Shown one piece after another: positions 23,718 to 35,068 of a stretch of DNA of 64,000 nt. Source of the stretch: Xylographa opegraphella (lineage: Eukaryota). The notes beneath the pieces are model-generated. The model saw nothing but the letters and a program-made list of their open reading frames with translations, was not told the origin of the DNA and did not search any database. The position numbers and the translations under genes are program-made. Location of the stretch: assembly GCA_022813865.1 (NCBI GenBank), contig JALDZX010000035.1, forward strand, positions 62,001 through 126,000, given 5' to 3'. The first letter of the stretch is position 1; every line of letters begins with the position of its first letter.

Positions 23718-24221
23718 CTAGCAAGTGGTCCTGATCTTCGCAATGCCAGCCCGCTCCCATGCCTTATTTACCAATATGGCCCGCGTCAACATAGCTCCAT
23801 GCTTTGCAATTGTTGAAGCATCACGGCTCATGTCTCGTGCATTGACACCGGTGGCAAACTCCAGTGGCACCCATCTGCGAGAAGCAGATATACAATACCT
23901 GACTCTCATATCCCACTCTTGGACTATATCACCATTCAGCGCGACATCGGTGTAGGTTCCACACTTGGAGTTTTCGTCAGCATGCTTCGGAAGATCGGGA
24001 TCCCTGTCGATCCTTACCATTACAGTGTCCCTGTTGCGATCGATAACCAGGTTAGCAATACTGGCGGACTTTTGCTTCATGGTGAAGGTCACTCGGGTGA
24101 AGGCGAAGTCTAGGAACTGATTGAGGAGTGCTGGATCATAGTGGTACATGATGGTGACAATCCCGTTTGCGATATGGAAATCGGCTTCCGAGAGTTCTGC
24201 ATCTTTAACAGAATTCTTCAC
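23718..24221 (-). CDS. Orphan ORF, hypothetical (first ATG at 24149)
   Basis: Isolated open frame of ~170 codons with globular-protein-like composition in otherwise non-coding DNA. TATATA lies ~140 bp upstream (24361-24366). No recognisable motif. Confidence 0.35.
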   Translation of the reverse strand: MKNSVKDAELSEADFHIANGIVTIMYHYDPALLNQFLDFAFTRVTFTMKQKSASIANLVIDRNRDTVMVRIDRDPDLPKHADENSKCGTYTDVALNGDIVQEWDMRVRYCISASRRWVPLEFATGVNARDMSRDASTIAKHGAMLTRAILVNKAWERAGIAKIRTTC

Positions 24222-24906
24222 AGTAACCAGATCGATAAATTGTTCGTTTTAGTTGGACTGCAGCTTAAGAGGAGATGTAGTTAAAATCAGAAGAAATATT
24301 ACTACCGATGAGAAGTAGCTTGAGTAAGTCAAGAGTGCTTCAGCTCCAGCGTTCCAAATGTATATATGACAAAAGAGTGTAGGTGAGTGCAGGAGAGACG
24401 GTCTCGCAATAGACATGGTCTAGTTTCGAATGATGTTTGAAGCAGAATGTCCGTCATGTTTTATCGTGTCACTCGCTATGTTGGACCCATTCAAGAAATT
24501 CCCAGATAGCACGTGGACGTGGTTGAATGCAGTTCTTGAGACGTTAGTGTCGGATTACAGAAGCTGCCTATTATGCCTCAGATCTGGACTGTAATGAAAG
24601 TACAGCAGTAGAAACATGCAACTAAGAACAATCATGTAAGAGCAGCATACATATATCTCTATATTTATGTGAAGGTGGTCGGAAGGATGCAACATACCCT
24701 GGTTCTTCGCGCGTTTTCCATGCTTTGCACGAGGCCATCGATAAATCAAATTCAAAAATTGGAGAATGTCATCTGAGGTCGCCTATTATGGTCTGATTTC
24801 TTGCGATACTATGATTTGTCTTTGTGAATGAGGCTCTCCCACACATTTCGATTCCTATGCATGATCCCGATTAGTGTCTCGGACTGGGTTTCGGCGCGAT
24901 TTAAGA

Positions 24907-24950
24907 TACCTAGGTACCTAGGTAGGTTAGGTAGCTAAGGTAAGGAGGTA
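24907..24950. repeat. 18-bp perfect palindrome TACCTAGGTACCTAGGTA followed by an AGGTA-rich array
   Basis: 24907-24924 equals its own reverse complement and is followed by ggttaggtagctaaggtaaggaggta. Confidence 0.9.
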
Positions 24951-25168
24951 GCCCTGAGCACGTTGTCGCTCACCTAGCCCTAATCACGTGCAAGCTTGAT
25001 GGTTTTGGATCTAGGATAAGGTTTAAGCTTTGTGCCTTGAGCCCGTCAGGATGACGTCGAGGCGAGCGCGACGACGCGTTTCGCGGATCAAACATGGCAC
25101 TTTTTGGAAATAAGTCTGCTTGCTTTCCTATTGAATCACTATGCAGCCAGAATCTTGATCTTGCAGGA

Positions 25169-25176
25169 TATAAAAA
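25169..25176 (+). promoter_or_regulatory. Putative TATA box of the 25310 gene
   Basis: TATAAAAA ~140 bp upstream of the ATG. CACGTG (~24985) and TGACGT (~25052) occur further upstream. Confidence 0.45.
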
Positions 25177-25309
25177 TCTTTGGTTCTTAAGTCAGATCTC
25201 AGTCGTATTTCAAGCGTTATCTTGATCAACATATCAGACTTCATAAACATTTGATCTAATATTTGATACTTCACGTTGCCAATTTCGGTCCTCGGAATAC
25301 CTTTCTATA

Positions 25310-26799
25310 ATGGCCGGGACTCGCTCATCTGCGCGCCTTGCCAATGGTTCAAGTCCGAATTCTTCGCAAAATAATGCCGCGTCGACAAATGGCGAGACAG
25401 GCAGCAAGCGCAAGTCTGAATCAACTACAGGCCCTAAAGCTAAGCGCGGGAAAAAGGGGAGCGAGCAACAGCAAAAGACCATAGAAGAAACACTTGTGAC
25501 TAAGCATGAAGACAGCGCAATGGAGGATCAAAAGCCGACAGCCGAAACTTCCACCGAGTCAAAATTAGGTCCAGGTATGGATGAGAGTGGAATCGATGAG
25601 CTTGATCCCAAGGCAGACAAACATACCACCAAGGAAGAGGAGGAAAAAATCGAGAAGATAGAAGTACAGCAAAATTTCGCACCAGCAGACCAGCAGGCCA
25701 GTGCTGATGGGCAGAATAAGACTAACGGCACTGACTCAACAATGAACGACACTGGCAAAGTTGAACCACCAAAAGGCGAACAGACAGATGATGAAAATGC
25801 GAAGAACATCGAGGGCGATGCAGTGGAAGAGTCGTCCCAGCGGGAGGCTTCCACACCATCAAGCATCTTAGAGAAAGGCATTATCTACTTCTTCTTCCGC
25901 GGTCGTGTGAATATTGACGACCCCTCGAACGTGGATGATCTTGCTAGAAGTTATCTCGTGCTAAGACCTCTACCCCATGGCGCTAAACTCGGTGACGGAC
26001 CTATTGGCGACGACGGTAATAACAGGATCCTTGCTCTACCTAAGAAGGTTCTGCCAGTCAGTCCCCAAGATCGATTCATGGTTTTTGTTGAACAGGCCAA
26101 GAGCAGCATGGAAGATATCAAGAAAAACCACTTGACTTTCTCTGACTACGCCACTAAGACTGCGGGCACTCGACATACACCTGCGGCCACACCAATAGCA
26201 GAAGGTGTATATGCCATCACTACTACGGGTCGTGAGTCGCATTTGGCATATATTATCACAATCCCTTCGGAGCTTAGCGAGGTGCAGCGAGACGTTGGGA
26301 TCGGCGAACGTGGTAGCTTCGTCACCAGCATAAAGAACCCGCAATACCCTGGTCCAGCCAATACGAACCTTCCACAAGGACCAGAGTTTCCTCAAGAGTA
26401 AGGTCCGGCAGAAGCCCTATTGAAGGCTCGTATTGATCGGGTTGTGTAGGTTCCTTGATGAGTTCCGCAGTCTCCGTTGGATGCCGCTCCAGCCCAAATT
26501 TCTCGACTATAAGAACTGCCAGATACTTCTTATTGGTTCAGGAACAGGCGATTTGAGTAAGGCAACAGATCAGACTGGCGGTGCCGCTAAGACTCACGAG
26601 GATACACCGCTGCAAGAGATGGAGAAATTAGAGCACGAGGACGAGATTCGTGTAGAACATCTCAAAGGTAACGTCTACAAGGACTCTCAGACAATGACAT
26701 GAATGGTTGATTGACATCCTTTTCGTAGGAGACGACAGCGTTTTCGAAGACCTTGGCCTAAGTTCCAGGGAATATTCTAAAATTCCAACGACATGGTAG
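25310..26799 (+). CDS. Conserved fungal hypothetical protein with charged, disordered N-terminus, 3 exons
   Basis: Conserved block ILEKGIIYFFFRGRV...SHLAYIITIP...SIKNPQYPGP...EFRSLRWMP...ILLIG. Introns at 26398-26449 and ~26669-26728. Ends IPTTW*. Confidence 0.82.
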
Positions 26800-27332
26800 G
26801 GAACATCCCAGCGAAAAATGGTGATTTGCGTCCGCAATGTGTCTGCTGGCCAACCAACACGAGGCAGTAAAATATAAATTTGTATATCATTGATGGACTG
26901 TGACCCGGAGATATGGCTGTTGTCAATGGTGGGTAAAGGATACTTGCTTGGCTTGGATACTGTACACGAGCATACGGCCGGGACGGGGAGCAACTTGCGC
27001 TGCAATGTATTGTTGTAATATCAGTTATTGTATACTAATGTGATCAAAACGGTTGTTTGCGCTTCATCCCACAGTGATATAATATTTGATATAGCCACTC
27101 CCGTGTCTCCATGTAAGAATTGGCGGACATGTCCCTGAGCTCGGCTAGGCTTTCCGCCACAATCTGTACTTTTGAACAACAGTGCCCTCGAAACACCAAA
27201 CTTTCGCTCGCGCATGCTCCAGGCACAAACTCGAGTAACGAGTGCGTTACGAAAAGCTCGGGCATACCGTTCCAGTATTGTCTCCCAGGACTGATGCCTA
27301 GAGACGCGTGCGCTTTGTCCTAGACATTAAAA

Positions 27333-30300
27333 ATGCAGTCCTCACCCAACATGTTGACCAAGGTAGGAGAAGTGCAAATGCATGAACAGTGCCTTCGTAT
27401 ATGCTAACAATTGGATTACTAGTTTGAGTCGAAGTCTTCAAGAGCCAAGGGTATCGCCTTTCACCCAAAGCGGTGAGCTTTTGAAGCTATATTACCATTA
27501 TTACCCAAGCTGACTCTCCCCAGACCTTGGATCCTTGTATCACTACATTCGTCCACGATTCAGCTATGGGACTACCGGATGGGAACTCTGATCGATCGCT
27601 TCGAAGAGCACGACGGTCCGGTGAGGGGCATAGATTTCCACAAAACTCAGCCACTGTTCGTCTCTGGGGGCGACGACTACAAAATCAAGGTCTGGTCATA
27701 TCAAACCCGGAGATGCCTCTTTACACTCAATGGTCACTTGGACTATGTCCGGACTGTGTTCTTCCACCATGAGCTCCCATGGATTCTTTCGTGCTCAGAC
27801 GACCAGACCATTCGGATATGGAATTGGCAGAACAGGTCACTCAGTTCGTAAATGAGCTTACAAACCAATTGAAGCTTGACTGACCTTGGTTACTTAGTCT
27901 GTACCATGACTGGGCACAATCATTACACTATGTGTGCGCAGTTCCATCCTAAGGACGATCTAATTGTTTCTGCCTCCTTGGACCAATCTGTAAGAGTATG
28001 GGATATATCAGGGCTCAGAAAGAAGCACTCGGCGCCGACATCCATGACCTTCGAGGATCAGATGGCCCGTGCGAACAACAACCAGGCTGATATGTTTGGA
28101 AATACTGATGCGGTAGTCAAGTTTGTGCTCGAGGGGCACGATAGAGGGGTCAATTGGGTAGCTTTCCACCCTACTTTACCATTGATTGTATCGGCTGGTG
28201 ACGACAGATTGGTAAAGCTGTGGAGGATGAGTGGTGAGTTGAAACATGACTCTTCGGGGCAGCTCACAGCACTAAAAATCTATCAGAAACGAAGGCGTGG
28301 GAGGTGGATACCTGTCGCGGACATTTTCAAAATGCTTCAGGCTGTCTATTCCATCCACATCAGGACCTAATTCTCTCAGTCGGAGAAGACAAGACAATTC
28401 GCGTTTGGGACTTGAACAAACGGACATCAGTCCAATCCTTTAAACGAGAAAACGACCGTTTCTGGGTGATTGCTGCCCATCCTGAAATCAACCTCTTTGC
28501 AGCTGGTCATGATAACGGCGTTATGGTCTTCAAACTTGAGAGGGAGCGACCAGCCTCCGCTATTCATCAGAACAACCTTTTTTACATTACGAAAGACAAG
28601 GCTGTGAAATCATATGATTTCACGAAGAACACCGAATCTCCATCTATGTTGTCATTGAAGAAGCTGGGCAGCCCATGGGTACCCCCAAGAACTCTTTCGT
28701 ACAACCCTGCCGAGCGAGCTATCCTTGTCACATCTCCTGCAGACAACGGTTCATACGAGCTTATTAACCTACCACGGGATGCGTCTGGTGCTTTGGAACC
28801 AACCGACATTAAGCGTGGACTCGGAACTTCGGCCGTATTTGTTGCTCGTAACCGCTTTGCTGTTTTCAATCTGGCAGGACAACAGATTGACATCAAAGAC
28901 CTGACCAACAATACTACGAAAACAATAAAGCCGCCGATTGGCACGGTCGATATATACTTTGGTGGAACTGGTAATCTGCTACTCATCACGCCCACAACCG
29001 TCGTACTTTATGACATCCAACAGAAGAAACAAATTGCAGAGCTTTCCGTGGCTGGAGTCAAGTACGTTGTTTGGTCTAGTGATGGACTGTACGCTGCTTT
29101 GCTTAGTAAACACAATGTTACCATCATCAACAAATCACTCGAACAAATAAGTACACTACATGAAACGATACGAATCAAAAGTGCTGCATGGGATGACGCT
29201 GGCGTTCTTCTTTATTCTACCTTGAACCATATTAAATATACTCTGCTAAATGGGTAGGACATATCGAGCGATTTCAAAATGTATTTGCTGACTTGAGAAC
29301 AGAGACAACGGGATTGTGATGACTCTCGACCAGACAGTCTACCTTGTTCGTGTAAAGGCTCGCACGGTATACTGCCTCGACAGGGCCGCGAAACCCAAGG
29401 TTCTCAACATAGATCCTACCGAGTACCGCTTCAAGCTTGCATTAGTCAAGCGGAATTATGAGGAAATGTTACAGATTATCAAGACTTCCAGTCTTGTAGG
29501 ACAAAGCATCATCGCCTACCTCCAGAAGAAAGGGTATCCGGAGATAGCTCTACAATTTGTGCAAGACCCACAGACAAGGTTCGAGCTTGCCGTCGAGTGT
29601 GGTAATCTCGATGTCGCGGTAGATATGGCGAAGCAGCTGGATCGACCGAAGCTATGGGTACGATTGGGCACAGAAGCTCTCGCTCATGGAAATCACCAGA
29701 TAGTGGAAATGGCGTATCAAAAGCTACGCCAATTCGACAAGCTATCTTTTCTCTATCTCGCAACTGGAGACCAGGAGAAACTTGCTCGAATGGCAAAGAT
29801 AGCTGAACATCGGGGCGACGTCACTTCTCGATTTCAGAACGCTCTTTACCTTGGAGACGTGGAAAACCGGATCCAAATGTTCAAGGAGATTGATCAATGT
29901 AGGTTTCTACTTCGGCCGCTGAATCCGTTACATGCAAGCATACTGACACTGTGAAGATCCGCTAGCATATATGACGGCCAAAGCTCATGGTCTCGATGAG
30001 GAGTGTAGGCTTATACTCGATGCGAGCGGTTTGAGCGAAGATCAAGTGACTCTTCCATCCCTTGGGAAACCACTGGATCTACCAAGGATAGTAGCTCCCA
30101 CCCATAAGGCCAATTGGCCAGTAAAGGCAGCCTCTCACTCTTTCTTCGAAAAAGCACTCCTGGGTGAGGTGGAAGGAGCAGACGATACTGGGGCAACAAC
30201 GAACGGTTTCAGCAACCTCGATGCTGTTGGAGATGATGTGGTAGTCCAGCAAAACGGCCATCGCGGCGAAGAGGAAGATGATGACGCTGAAGGTTGGGAT

Positions 30301-31371
30301 ATGGGCGACGACATCGACGTGGAGCTCGAGTCTGAACTAGTAAATGTTGAAAGTGCAGTTGTCGGCCCCGGTGGCAGTGAGGCGGAAATGTGGGCGCGTA
30401 ACTCGCCCATCGCAGCAGATCATGTGGCTGGTGGATCTTTCGATACGGCCATGCAACTGCTCAATCGCCACATCGGAGCCGTCGAGTTTGAGCCTCTAAA
30501 GCCGCGATTCTTGGAGATATACCAGGCTTCCAAGACATACCTACCGGCCAGTGCAGGACTGCCTCCGCTCATCAACTACGTCCGCAGAACCGTGGAAGAA
30601 ACGGACATACGCAAAATCCTGCCAATAATACCTAGAGATCTGGAGGCCATCGTCACGGTTGATTTACAAGAAGGCTATAGCGCAATGCGCGCCAACAAGC
30701 TGGATGACGGTTTGCGGACGTTCAAGCGAATCCTGCACTCTCTCATGGTGAACGCTGTCTCAACACACCAGCAAGTCGTCGAAGCCAAGAAGGTAATCGC
30801 CTCCGCCGCGGAATACGCCATCGCAATGTCTCTCGAACTCGAGCGCCGCTCCATCGGCACCGAGACCGATGAAACCCTCAAACGCAGCCTCGAGCTCTCC
30901 GCTTACTTTACCATCCCGAAGCTCGAGGTCGCTCATCGTCAGCTCACCCTCATGGCGGCGATGAAACTGGCCGCCGGCAACAAGAACTACTCATCCGCGC
31001 TAAGCTTCGCGAATCGAATGATCGCGAACGGCGGTTCGCCAAGGCTGCTTGAGCAGGTAATTCCGCTCTCCTTTGCACCCTCTCCCTGCCTTGCAGGACG
31101 ATGACTAAAGCTTCCGCAGGCACGGAAAATGAAAGCCCAATGCGAACGCAGCCCGCAGGACAAGATCGACATCGAGTTCGACCAGTTTGCCGAGTTCGAC
31201 GTCTGCGCGGCGTCGTACACACCCATCTACGGGGGTACGCCCAGCGTGGCGTGCCCGTTCGACGGGGCCAAGTACCACACACAGTATAAGAAGACGGTCT
31301 GTCGGGTGTGCGAGGTGTGCGAGATCGGGGCAGCGGCGAGTGGATTACGGCTTTTCGTGGCCCCGTCATAA
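27333..31371 (+). CDS. COP1: Coatomer subunit alpha (alpha-COP), multi-exon
   Basis: [25 protein letters not shown]...[18 protein letters not shown]40 repeats, [12 protein letters not shown] and the C-terminal Cys motif (CAASYTPIY...CPF...[10 protein letters not shown]). Confidence 0.96.
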
Positions 31372-33358
31372 GCGGGAATGGGGTGGGAGGGGAGTGGGTG
31401 GCATGTCGGTAGGGCGAGAGTGAACGTTGGCGCATCATCAAGGGTAGCGTGAGTGTGATGCCGTGCTTGCTTGGTTGGTAGGTGTCAGATATACCTACTT
31501 TATCGAATCCGTCACGTTCTTTGCATCTCTGGCTGCATTGTCCACGATGTTTATAGGACTACGGGCTACCGTGTTCCGAATCTTACGCCACTACGTCCCG
31601 ACGACGATGCACTTGCGATCGGTATCCACTGACATTCCGGAATGATGCCAGCGTGCGTACAGCTTAGGAATTCGATGAGGTGCACTTTTGGTCCACACAG
31701 AAGCTGGCCTGTAGATAGTGACATGCGTACACGTGAATCGAACAGCTTGACAAAAAGCACTAAGCCCAGCATCAGATTCTGATCATGATTCTCCCTCAAA
31801 ATAACAATTGGAGCGAGTATGGCAAAAGGCATTCCGAGACATGCTTCTGGCGCACAGACCATGCGGCTACAAACTACACGCTCACACAGTTTTCTCGCCT
31901 CGCATACTCTCGTACTCGTAGCTTTTAAAGGACGGCACGGAGGTGGACGCAGAAGCAGTCCGCAGGAAAGCAAAAGTGTCCTGCGGAACAACGGAGCTGG
32001 GTTGCTGGGTCGAATGGCAGAAGGCAGGAGAGAAAGGCCGCACCTCGACTCCGTGGGAAGCGGAGCTCGAGGATCCGCCAAGGATCTGGCTGGTCTTAGC
32101 GCTTGGAAGTGGTTCTGCGTAAGGTCAAGGTACCTTGCACGACATTGCGGGGGGAGAAGCTCAAGGCTTGTGTCTGTCCAACCACCAGTCGGTTCAACGG
32201 GCTGCTTGGCTGGTCGCTGGGCGTGTTTGGTGAAGGGCCGTTCGATATTCGAGATATGGTGCTAGCTATGTTGGTGACGGAGCACTCGACCGCTGCCGTT
32301 GCGGACAGGCATCGGCTGGCTAATTGGGAGCACAATTCCCCTGTGCCAGTCGAGCGACTAAGCCCAACGGGGGATAGCGACCGATCTTGGTTCCCGACGA
32401 CAGACCTCCACGCTCAAACGGTTCCAGCATGCGGTATCGAACATGCCCGGTACTCTACCGTAGGAGCTTCTGTGTACAGAGTACCGTACTACTGCGTATG
32501 TCTGAGCTGCACGAGTTCATCTTCCGATCTGGGGCCTGCACAAGTCAATGGCCTTGGTCGGCTCGGACTGCCGCGGGTCCTGAGCTTCGATGCGCCACCA
32601 CTGCCATTGGTCCGAAGCAATGCTCAGCAGGAGGCCCCAACAGCAACACGTATAGTATAGTCCTGGGTGAGAGAGTCTGTCTCCCAGCTGCCGCAACGTG
32701 TCCACTGCCGAGGAATGCTCTTCCGGAGATACTCGAGCCATTCACGCAGCGAACCACCGACCGCTTCAGCTGCCACGAATCTTGCTGCCGAAGCAGCCTA
32801 CATGGAGTATTCTGTGATCCACTTCGGGGGTTATCCAGAACTCAGTCCTTTCGTCGGAGAGATGCTAAATCCAAGGCCTCGACGCTGCGGCTTCCTGATT
32901 CGATCACATGCTTTCAATAGTTCCAGTTGAGCCTCTCCATCCCAGGGAGAAGTTCCCCCTACCCTGCTGCTGATACTTGCCCACTTTTCTACACGTTCCC
33001 CGCAGTCTTTCTCAGCCGGAACCCCAGATGGGGCATCAAGCGTTGCTGGACCCAGGCAAAAGACCCCTGGATGCGGCAACCTAGCGAACCGTCTGGGGTG
33101 AAAGGGAGGGAAACATCCTTGTCCATCGTGGCTTTCCACTATTACAAGTCATTATTCATTCCTGGCCTCGCTCATGATGAGAAAATTCTGGTGTTTGCTC
33201 CGCGAAGTCTAGTCTCGTCGGTCTTTATAAACTCGAGGGTCTCCCCCCGCTTGGATAGAAGGTGGCCTACGTCTCAGCAAGCTTCTTCCTCTCCACTGCT
33301 ACGTCTCTGGTTAGTTGTTTCTCTCAGACTTCCCAAAGCAGCAGCATTCTCTCTCGCC

Positions 33359-34373
33359 ATGTATATCACGTCCGCTCTTCTGGGTGCGTTGGCAGTCCAC
33401 CTGTCTCTGGCCACGCCCGTTCAGCGCCGAGAGGTCCCTGCGGATCGCCCCAGCAAGCTCGAAGTGGTCGCAGGACTCCAGTCCGCCGGTGTCCTTGCCA
33501 AGCGTGCGCTTCCTACGGTGAGTCGAGTCATGTAAAACCGCCTCGCTCCATCCTGACAGCTGGTAGTGCAATCACGACAATCTCTTCCGTCTCTTCCTCG
33601 ATAAGCGTTACTCCTCAAGCGCGAGTGCTTATTGCAGCTATTACATCGAATCCACAAGCACGGTCACTGCTACCGCCACCCCAGTTGTTTCACTGACGAG
33701 GTGGGTTAAACTGTCGTCATAGTCGTATGCTTGATGCTGATATATATATATAGCGTTGAAACTGTTCCAGCGTCATCCACGGATTTCGTTACCATTACCC
33801 CTGCTGCAATGAAGAAACGGCAAGCGTCTGCCACTCCAACGGCACCAGACAACGCTGCAACCTACCCGGCTAGCAGACTCAGCAGTGCATGTTCCTGCCT
33901 CGTTACTCCCTCTACGACGACCACCACAATGACGGTGACGGCAGCATCAACCACGACTGTAGTCTTGGTAAGACTTGTGTCCGATGAGCTGGCACAACCG
34001 ATTGTTCTAATGTAATCAGGATGTGACCGCACCAGCTCCCACCGAGACTGTCTTCGCTTCGGCGGCATACTGCGGCCAGACTCTGATCGGCGCGACAACA
34101 GGTTATGGATATGTGGTTGAGTGTGGAGTCACCTACACCGGTGACAACCCAGGATACTATGAAACCGCCGCGACCTACACAGATTGCCTGAATCTGTGCG
34201 ACGACGACGGCTACTGTGGATACTTTTCATTCCTGTTGACCGCCACCACCAACAACTGCTATCTCGTGGACAGCTACGACCCAAACAACCCAGATGCCGG
34301 CTTCCAATTCGAGCCATCAATGCCAGACAATGCTGTCAACAGCGGAATGTTCATCCTAGATAACACCTCGTAA
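33359..34373 (+). CDS. Secreted Ser/Thr-rich protein with Cys modules and C-terminal PAN/apple-like domain, 4 exons
   Basis: Signal peptide MYITSALLGALAVHLSLA, dibasic RR/KR sites, CNHDNLFR...ASAYCSYY, SRLSSACSCL, a Thr-rich linker and ECG...DCLNLCDDDGYC...NCYL. First intron at 33518-33566. TATAA at ~33226. Confidence 0.8.
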
Positions 34374-35068
34374 GCTTGGCCGGACGAAATCCGAAAAGCA
34401 GTCCTAGCGGGCTGTAACAAGAAGATTGATTTTGTGACACGAGCCATGTGCGATGAAACCCCTGGTATTGTATAGCACTTGGGGTGCCAAGTAGATATGA
34501 TTAGCACTACATTCTATGTATATAGTTCCCAAAATACTCATTAAGTGACACATCTGTTTGTGATCTTGCTGATATATCATGGGACGATATCTGAACAGGA
34601 TGCTCGTGAAAAATACGTGTTAGCTCTAGATACTGCGAACCTCGTACAGTCTGCTATTCTAGTATACTTTAGTTCGAGACTGCACAGCAATGGATGGTGG
34701 AGACTACCAACTGCCCAGGCACGCGACACGTGAAATAGGCGCCACAAGCCGTTCGATCAGCGTCTAACACGTTTCATTCATACATGAGGGCGTTTTCGCT
34801 TTTGAGAAATGCTCATGCGCGACCGATAGGCTCTCAGAGTGAGAAAGGTCCAATAGCTTCCCGCTGTTTCAAAGAGCGTCTGCGCGCTTCCTCACCTGAA
34901 GTTTGAGGCATCGAACGGCTACTTCTATGTCTTCACTAACAACCCTTTGACTCACTGTTAATCAGATGACACTTGCCGGCTTTATCTTGCAAGGCCATAA
35001 GTGCCCTTGCAGGTTTCAATCACAACTGCTTTCATGATCCAATCTTGGTTACGATAGCATCAGCTAAG

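Noticed and set aside
31566..33139. Overlapping 150-200 aa ORFs between COP1 and the secreted protein
   Set aside because: Mutually overlapping on both strands, no domain motifs and mostly non-ATG starts. A decayed gene cannot be excluded.
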